From Sulfuriflexus sp. (lineage in GTDB: Bacteria; Pseudomonadota; Gammaproteobacteria; AKS1): a DNA stretch of 64,000 nucleotides. Position numbers and translations under genes: made by a program. Below, one piece after another: positions 57,948 to 64,000 of the stretch. Each line of letters begins with the position of its first letter. The first letter of the stretch is position 1. Location of the stretch: NCBI GenBank assembly GCA_023134145.1, contig JAGLUW010000017.1, positions 43,136-107,135 of the forward strand. Reading direction: 5' to 3'. The notes below the pieces were generated by a model. It did not search any database, was not told the origin of the DNA, and saw only the letters and a list, made by a program, of their open reading frames with translations.

Positions 57948-59369
57948 ATGTCTACTTCTCGCACATCAATGCATGGTGAATGGTCTGGCCGGTTTGCGTT
58001 TATTCTCGCGGCAACCGGTTCTGCCGTTGGCCTAGGTAATATCTGGAAGTTTCCTTATATTACAGGTGAGAACGGCGGCGGTGCTTTTGTTCTCGTATAC
58101 CTTATATGTATCGCCTGTATCGGGATCCCCATCATGATGGCCGAAGTCATGTTGGGCCGCCGTGGCCGACAAAGCCCCATTAATACCATGCGAGATTTAG
58201 CTGAAGAGGTCGGTGCGAGTAAGCATTGGAAGTATCTTGGTTGGGCTGGTGTGATTGCCGGTCTGTTGATTCTTTCTTACTACAGCGTGATTGCCGGTTG
58301 GGCGTTAGCTTATGTATTTCGCACAGCCAGCGGTGTGTTTACTAACGTGACGGGCGATGGGGCGAGTAGTCTGTTTAGTCGTTTTGTTGCAGATCCTGAA
58401 AAGCTCTTAGCATGGCACACCATTTTTATGGTGATGACCATGGCCGTGGTCGCCCGTGGTGTTAAAGGTGGTTTAGAAAAGGCCGTGCGTTTCTTAATGC
58501 CAACCTTGTTCGTGATTCTGATTATCCTATTAGGTTATGCGATGAACTTGGGTGAGTTTTCTCGTGGCGTTGTCTTCTTGTTTAATCCTGATTTTTCTAA
58601 AATATCTGCGAGTGGTGTTTTAACTGCGATGGGGCATGCCTTCTTTACATTGAGTTTAGGCATGGGCGCGATCATGGTTTACGGTTCGTATCTGCCAAAG
58701 AATGTGTCGATTGCTAAGACCTCGATCATTATTGCTTTGATGGATACCTTGGTGGCCTTAGTTGCAGGCCTCATTATTTTCCCGATTGTTTTTGCTAATG
58801 GACTTGAACCAGGTTCAGGGCCCGGATTAATTTTCCAAACCTTGCCGATTGCTTTTGGTCATATGCCGGGCGGGACATTCTTCGGCACGTTGTTCTTTAT
58901 ACTTTTAGTTTTTGCGGCATGGACATCGTCGATTTCATTAATTGAACCGGCCGTAGCGTGGCTTGTAGAAAATCGCGGTCATACGCGTATTTATGCGGCA
59001 GTGATAATGGGTGTCGTAACATGGTTGCTTGGACTGCTTACGATATTGTCGTTTAATCTGTGGTCAGACTTTAAGCCCTTGTCGAGTATTAGTGCGTTTG
59101 AGAATAGTACGATATTCGATTTGTTGGATTATCTAACCGCAAATATTATGTTGCCAATCGGCGGCCTATTAATAGCTGTGTTTGCGGGTTGGGTAATGAA
59201 ACGAGAAACCACCATGCAGGAATTAAGCATTAATGATGTGATGCATAAGGGTTATCGTGCATGGCAGATTTTGGTAAGGTATGTTGCGCCAGCAGCGGTG
59301 GTTATTGTGTTTTTGAAGGTAACCGGAATTTTTGATATCGCCACTATTTTTGAAGCAATTTTTGGTTAA
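57948..59369 (+). CDS. Sodium-dependent transporter (NSS family)
   Basis: GSAVGLGNIWKFP, GGGAF, FFTLSLGMG, GPGL.F, WTSSIS. Confidence 0.94.
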   Translation: MSTSRTSMHGEWSGRFAFILAATGSAVGLGNIWKFPYITGENGGGAFVLVYLICIACIGIPIMMAEVMLGRRGRQSPINTMRDLAEEVGASKHWKYLGWAGVIAGLLILSYYSVIAGWALAYVFRTASGVFTNVTGDGASSLFSRFVADPEKLLAWHTIFMVMTMAVVARGVKGGLEKAVRFLMPTLFVILIILLGYAMNLGEFSRGVVFLFNPDFSKISASGVLTAMGHAFFTLSLGMGAIMVYGSYLPKNVSIAKTSIIIALMDTLVALVAGLIIFPIVFANGLEPGSGPGLIFQTLPIAFGHMPGGTFFGTLFFILLVFAAWTSSISLIEPAVAWLVENRGHTRIYAAVIMGVVTWLLGLLTILSFNLWSDFKPLSSISAFENSTIFDLLDYLTANIMLPIGGLLIAVFAGWVMKRETTMQELSINDVMHKGYRAWQILVRYVAPAAVVIVFLKVTGIFDIATIFEAIFG

Positions 59370-59377
59370 AGAACCCT

Positions 59378-59815
59378 ATGCCTGTTATTAATAAAAGTGC
59401 GCTTGTCCCTTATACAGCGAAAGAAATGTATGCCTTGGTTGATGACATTGATGCATACCCCAAGTTCTTGCCGTGGTGTGGCGCATCAGAAGTGCTTGAG
59501 CGCAATGACGATGAAGTGAAGGCAAGTATCTTGTTATCACGTAGCGGGCTTAAAAAAAGTTTTACAACATTAAATCGTTTGCAGTCAGGCAAGATGATTG
59601 AAATGCGTTTAATTGAAGGGCCGTTTAGTCATTTACAAGGATTTTGGCGTTTCGAAAGTTTGAATGAGTCGGCGAGTAAAATCATGTTTGATATTGAGTT
59701 CGAATTTTCAAATAAATTATTGGCAATGACGGTCGGGCCAGTATTTAGTCAGGTCACAAATACGATTGTTGATGCCTTTACAAAACGTGCGGTAGAGGTT
59801 TATGGAAAACGATAA
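59378..59815 (+). CDS. ratA: RatA/PasT (Coq10-like START domain) protein
   Basis: VPY...MY.LV.D...YP.FLPWC, GPF..L.G.W.F, AF..RA. Confidence 0.93.
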   Translation: MPVINKSALVPYTAKEMYALVDDIDAYPKFLPWCGASEVLERNDDEVKASILLSRSGLKKSFTTLNRLQSGKMIEMRLIEGPFSHLQGFWRFESLNESASKIMFDIEFEFSNKLLAMTVGPVFSQVTNTIVDAFTKRAVEVYGKR

Positions 59816-60128
59816 ACAGATCAATGTTGAAGTGGCGTATGCATTGCCCGATGTGCAACGTGTCATTGCGCTAGAAATCTCGGAAGGACTTGAGCTTGCT
59901 GCAGTTGTTAAACAGTCAGGTATTCTTGAAGAGTTTCCGGAGATTGATTTGGAAAACTCAAAAGTGGGTATCTTCGGTAAACTTAAAAAAGCGAACACCA
60001 TTTTACGTGAAGGTGATCGTGTTGAAATTTATCGTAAATTAATTGCCGATCCAAAGCAGGTTCGAAAGGATCGTGCGGCACAAGGCAAACAAACTCGAAA
60101 GGGTGGCGGAAAGACCGCAAAGATTTAA
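59802..60128 (+). CDS. ratB: RatB/RnfH ubiquitin-like protein
   Basis: VEVAYALP, VGIFGK, GDRVEIYR.L..DPK..R. Confidence 0.92.
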   Translation: MENDKQINVEVAYALPDVQRVIALEISEGLELAAVVKQSGILEEFPEIDLENSKVGIFGKLKKANTILREGDRVEIYRKLIADPKQVRKDRAAQGKQTRKGGGKTAKI

Positions 60129-60131
60129 GGC

Positions 60132-60608
60132 CTAAGGCTCTTCTTTTTGTAAACCAACTGTTCCCAGTACACGATCAAAAATACCTAAATCGCGTTCTTG
60201 GTAAGGCACTTCAACCACTTCGGTTTTCTTCTTTTCAGACGCGTCTTCTAGAGGGCGCATATCACCTTCAATGCGAGCGAGTTTGTCTTGTTCAAAGAAG
60301 AGAGTCACACGTGTTTTTTCAGTCGGAGCATGGCTGCTGCGATGAATACGATATAGGTAATCCCAACGATTCTCGTGGAAAGTGTCATTAATCATCGGCG
60401 AACCCATGATAAAACGAACCTGACGTTTCCCCATACCCGGACGTAATTTATTAACCATCTCTTGGTTTACGATATTGCCTTGCTGGATAGTGATCTTATG
60501 GATAACTTCCGGTATGGCTGTAGGCACTTCTGGTAATGACCAATCAGAACACGCTGATAACATTGGTAAAACCACTGCCACTGATATTGAAATGAGAATC
60601 TTTTGCAT
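60132..60608 (-). CDS. bamE: Outer membrane assembly lipoprotein BamE
   Basis: Lipobox LSAC, IQQGN, GM...QV.F.MG.P, RWDY; divergent from fur. Confidence 0.93.
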   Translation of the reverse strand: MQKILISISVAVVLPMLSACSDWSLPEVPTAIPEVIHKITIQQGNIVNQEMVNKLRPGMGKRQVRFIMGSPMINDTFHENRWDYLYRIHRSSHAPTEKTRVTLFFEQDKLARIEGDMRPLEDASEKKKTEVVEVPYQERDLGIFDRVLGTVGLQKEEP

Positions 60609-60610
60609 TT

Positions 60611-60629
60611 GAGAATGTATTACATTATC
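60611..60629. promoter_or_regulatory. Possible Fur box between bamE and fur
   Basis: GAGAATGTATTACATTATC, 13/19 match. Confidence 0.4.
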
Positions 60630-60704
60630 GTTTGAATAGAATTCATTTTAACTCAATTTGAGTACAAACGCAGCACTATTAGCGCAAACAAGAGACTCGT
60701 ATCA

Positions 60705-61112
60705 ATGGAAAGTGCAGATATTAAGAAAGCAGGGCTGAAAGTGACACTGCCGAGAATTAAGATTCTCGATATTATGGAAAAAAGTGAAACGCGCCACCTC
60801 AGTGCAGAAGATGTGTATAAGCACCTGCTCGAAGAAGGTGAAGAAGTCGGTTTGGCTACCGTATACCGTGTTTTAACTCAATTTGAATCAGCCGGCCTAG
60901 TCTCACGACACCATTTTGATGAAGGTCACTCTGTTTTTGAGTTGAATCAAGGCCATCACCATGACCATATTGTGTGTGTAAAATGCGGCAAGGTTGAAGA
61001 ATTCATCGATGAAACCATTGAACAGCGTCAGAAAGATATTGCTGCCAAAGCCGGTTTCGAGATCACCGACCATTGCCTGTATATCTATGGTGTGTGTGGC
61101 ACTTGCCAATAA
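60705..61112 (+). CDS. fur: Ferric uptake regulator
   Basis: AGLKVTLPR, GLATVYRVL, HHHDH..C..C, C-terminal CxxC. Confidence 0.97.
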   Translation: MESADIKKAGLKVTLPRIKILDIMEKSETRHLSAEDVYKHLLEEGEEVGLATVYRVLTQFESAGLVSRHHFDEGHSVFELNQGHHHDHIVCVKCGKVEEFIDETIEQRQKDIAAKAGFEITDHCLYIYGVCGTCQ

Positions 61113-61128
61113 CAAAAACAATTTTGTA

Positions 61129-61155
61129 GACAGGATTAACAAGATTTACAGGATT
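61129..61155 (+). repeat. Trimer of 9-mer NACA(G/A)GATT
   Basis: GACAGGATT-AACAAGATT-TACAGGATT; 25/27 identical to the reverse complement of 23286-23312. Confidence 0.75.
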
Positions 61156-61313
61156 ATAAATAGCTGCTTTCGATCGATTGAAGTCATAACCGTAGGCAGG
61201 CATAAGAAGAAAAATAAAGCTAAACAGGGTTTAGTGACTGTTAAACGAGCTAAAGCCGTATTTTGAAGATAGTTTTTCTTGAATAGATAGCTAGAGGAAT
61301 TCAAATCGTTATT

Positions 61314-62339
61314 ATGAAAAATGTAAAATTTTATTTTGTTACAGTAATTTTAGCAATGACATTCATTCTCTATGGATGTTCAGATGATGCTGGCAAAAGC
61401 AAAGATTCTAAAAATGAAACGAAACAAAGGTATCTTATCGCCTATGCTCAAGCTGAACTCGTTAACGCTTGGCGCGTCACTAATCAGAAAGATATGGAAG
61501 AGTGGGCAAAAAAACTTGGCGTTGATTTAATTAGTAGAAATGCGAATCAAAATACTGCACAACAACTTGCAGACGTTAAAGAAATGCTCGCCAGTAAACC
61601 AGATGTATTGATTCTTTCCCCCTTAGAATCCAAAGCGTTGGATTCAGTTGTAGGACTATGCGAAAAAGCAAATATTCCCCTGATTGTGATTGATCGTAAG
61701 ATAGACTCTGAGCCAGGGCATGGAATTTATAAAACGCAGATTACTCAAAGCCATGTTATCTCAGGTAGGCTTCTCGCAGAAAAAGCTGTTGAATTACTGA
61801 AAAATAAATACGGAGCACCGAAGGGAAAAGTGGTTCATATTATGGGGCTACCTAATGCTTCACCAGTAATAGAAGCAAAAAAAGGGTGGGGACAAGTTAT
61901 GATGAATTATCCTGAGATTGAAACGATAGCAGTCGTTGAAGGTCGCTTTACAGAAAAAGGTGGAGAACTTGCTATGGAAGTAGCATTAAAAAAATTCTCG
62001 CGTGGAGAGATTGACATCGTACATACTGATTACAGCGCAATGACAATGGGAGCATTAAATACGATTAAGAAAGCTGGGCGGACAGAGCTTCTGGGGTTTG
62101 TACTAGGTGAAGGTGGTCATTACAAAGCGATTGAAGCTGTTATAAAAGGTGAAATTGCGAGGGAGACTCAGACACCTCCGTATTTTGGTGAGCTTGCAAT
62201 AAAAAGTGCTTTAAGCATATTAAAAGGAGTTGATGTATCAGTGAGGCAAAAGATATCAATCAAGGTTTTTGATTCCAGCGACAAAGAATCCGCAGATAAA
62301 TATTTGAAAAAAATAAGAAATAATGACGCAGAATTTTAA
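61314..62339 (+). CDS. Periplasmic sugar-binding (RbsB/YtfQ-like) lipoprotein
   Basis: Lipobox LYGC; NAWR, Q.ADV..M, IP.IVIDR; type I PBP fold pattern. Confidence 0.87.
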   Translation: MKNVKFYFVTVILAMTFILYGCSDDAGKSKDSKNETKQRYLIAYAQAELVNAWRVTNQKDMEEWAKKLGVDLISRNANQNTAQQLADVKEMLASKPDVLILSPLESKALDSVVGLCEKANIPLIVIDRKIDSEPGHGIYKTQITQSHVISGRLLAEKAVELLKNKYGAPKGKVVHIMGLPNASPVIEAKKGWGQVMMNYPEIETIAVVEGRFTEKGGELAMEVALKKFSRGEIDIVHTDYSAMTMGALNTIKKAGRTELLGFVLGEGGHYKAIEAVIKGEIARETQTPPYFGELAIKSALSILKGVDVSVRQKISIKVFDSSDKESADKYLKKIRNNDAEF

Positions 62340-62360
62340 TTCATTAAATGTTTCCGGTAT

Positions 62361-62437
62361 GTTAAAAGTTAAAAGTTAAAAGTTAAAAGTTAAAAGTTAA
62401 AAGTTAAAAGTTAAAAGTTAAAAGTTAAAAGTTATAA
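62361..62437. repeat. Simple sequence repeat (GTTAAAA)x10 plus one GTTATAA
   Basis: Ten perfect heptamers at 62361-62430, ending just before the GAGGTG RBS. Confidence 0.97.
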
Positions 62438-62453
62438 GTAGAGGTGGTTTTGT

Positions 62454-64000
62454 ATGAAAACACAAATGAAACTTATGAGCATGATCGGTTTGGTTTTGAT
62501 CTGCGTTTTAAGTGCCATCGTTATAACGATAAGTGTTAATAGGGATATCGCTTACTTAAATACGAAAAAAAATGATGCACTTGAATTTAGAAGTAAATGG
62601 CTTACCTTTACTGGCGTTAACAAAAATCTACTTATTACAGATATATCTGAACCGGTTTACCAAAGTTCACTCAGTAAACACAAAAGACTTCTAGCTGAGA
62701 TAACGGAAACGATCAGCAATATAAACTCTAATACTTATCTTAAAGAAGTCGATAAAGAACTATCTGAAGCTTATCGCAATACCCTTTTTATTTGGGATCT
62801 TTCTAGAGATAATTTCAATGAGGTGCGAATACTTTTAGATTCCGATCTGTTAAAAACAATCAATAAAAAAGCTGGGTATGGGAGCATTATTGAAATTAAA
62901 GAGAGATTTAAATCTAAAGGGAACATCAGGGAATATCTTAAGCTTAATGAGCTAATAAACCGAATTTTGTCATTATCATCAGCAGATGATTCCCTTAACA
63001 ACGCTCTAGGTAAGCTAATTTCTGTTATAGATAAAAAAATTACCACGCAGGAATCTCTTTCCCAAAAAACATTATTATTTGTTGGCATATTTTTGGTTCT
63101 AATTGTAACGATATCATTGTTACTTTTTGGTAATCAAATTATTAAAAATATTAAAATAGTTACTAAACTAAATAAAGAGATTGAAGAACGCAGAAAGGTC
63201 GAGGATGCATTACGTAAGAGTGAGCAATATAACCGAGCTCTATTTGAAAACTCATCAATTGGTCTCTTGCTATGCACAATGGATGGAAGAATTATCGATG
63301 CTAACCAGAGTCTTGCAAATATTATCGGCCGCACAATCGAGGAAGCAAAAGCATTAACCTATTGGGATATTACTCCCAAAGATTATGCTGAACAGGAAGA
63401 GGTTCAATTGGAGAGCCTGAATACAACAAAAGGTTACGGCCCTTACGAAAAAGAATATTTACATAAGGATGGGCATCGGGTACCGGTACGACTTTCCGGT
63501 CGACTAATCGAGCAAGATGGAGAACCCTTAATTTGGTCCAGTGTTGAAGATATTACAGATAAGATTACCATCGAAAGGGCACGTTACGAATCAGAACAAC
63601 ATTTTCGTCAATTGGTAGAACATATACGAGAGGTATTCTGGTTAACCGATATCAAAAAAAATACTGTGATATATATTAGCCCGGCTTACCAAACAGTCTG
63701 GGGAAGAAGTTGTCGAAGCCTTTATGAAAATCCAAGGTCATTTGTTGACGCGATTCATAAAGAGGATCGAGAGCGAGTCATTCAGGCCATGGAAACTCAA
63801 AGTAAAGCCCATTATGATGAAGCTTACAGGATTTTAAAGCCAGACGGATCTATTCGCTGGATTAGAGATCAGTCCTTTCCCATTAAGAATCAAGAAGGTG
63901 AGGTTTATCGGGTAGCGGGAATCGCAGAGGATATTACAGAAGAAAAACTTGCTCATGAACTTCTTGAGCAACGGGTTTTTGAACGAACAGAAAGTCTGCA
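62454..64000 (+). CDS. Membrane sensor with two PAS/PAC domains, probable histidine kinase (runs off window)
   Basis: Not in ORF track. Manual translation: MKTQMKLMSMIGLVLICV (TM1), periplasmic region, TM2, EIEERRKVEDALRKSE, PAS..EDIT, PAS (ISPAY..VWG, PDGSIRWIRD, EDIT), LEQRVFERT. Confidence 0.88.
   Translation, partial: MKTQMKLMSMIGLVLICVLSAIVITISVNRDIAYLNTKKNDALEFRSKWLTFTGVNKNLLITDISEPVYQSSLSKHKRLLAEITETISNINSNTYLKEVDKELSEAYRNTLFIWDLSRDNFNEVRILLDSDLLKTINKKAGYGSIIEIKERFKSKGNIREYLKLNELINRILSLSSADDSLNNALGKLISVIDKKITTQESLSQKTLLFVGIFLVLIVTISLLLFGNQIIKNIKIVTKLNKEIEERRKVEDALRKSEQYNRALFENSSIGLLLCTMDGRIIDANQSLANIIGRTIEEAKALTYWDITPKDYAEQEEVQLESLNTTKGYGPYEKEYLHKDGHRVPVRLSGRLIEQDGEPLIWSSVEDITDKITIERARYESEQHFRQLVEHIREVFWLTDIKKNTVIYISPAYQTVWGRSCRSLYENPRSFVDAIHKEDRERVIQAMETQSKAHYDEAYRILKPDGSIRWIRDQSFPIKNQEGEVYRVAGIAEDITEEKLAHELLEQRVFERTESL

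Noticed and set aside
57948-59369. NSS transporter between smpB and ratA as a novel insertion
   Set aside because: I recall this order from other gammaproteobacteria such as pseudomonads, and there is no sign of mobility.
59378-60128. RatAB as a toxin-antitoxin defence module
   Set aside because: Conserved core genes in the smpB-bamE-fur block; RatA is a Coq10-like protein.
60994-61266. 90-aa ORF containing DRINKIYRII
   Set aside because: Overlaps fur out of frame; the peptide is just the 9-mer repeat read through.

Overview
Gene-dense chromosomal window from a gammaproteobacterium (smpB-ratA-ratB-bamE-fur block, tmRNA tag ANDDNYALAA). It is probably a sulfur-oxidising chemolithoautotroph, given phosphoribulokinase, dsrS-like gene, exported rhodanese, and glcD/glcE plus alanine-glyoxylate aminotransferase. 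Most genes are housekeeping or stress genes (ppsA, htpG, hslR, adk, hemH, cfa, Prx-Grx/oxyR, dbpA, ppiC, fusA). The standout is a four-gene minus-strand cluster just downstream of ssrA (47859-56154). It encodes a TPR-SLOG-class III nucleotide cyclase with non-canonical specificity residues, a 1700-aa DUF4062/TIR-like + STAND NTPase + TM + beta-propeller protein, and two tightly coupled PilN/PilO-like bitopic proteins; this is a candidate membrane-spanning nucleotide-signalling conflict system. Also notable: an ODP di-iron protein with a two-tip mini-chemoreceptor, an orphan fliA with several sigma28-type promoters, a zinc-finger-less DksA/TraR-like gene with a decayed paralog, dispersed 9-mer repeat elements, and a (GTTAAAA)10 tract before a PAS sensor. 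No integrase, transposase, tRNA, rRNA or CRISPR array was seen. All family calls come from motif recognition by eye, not database searches.
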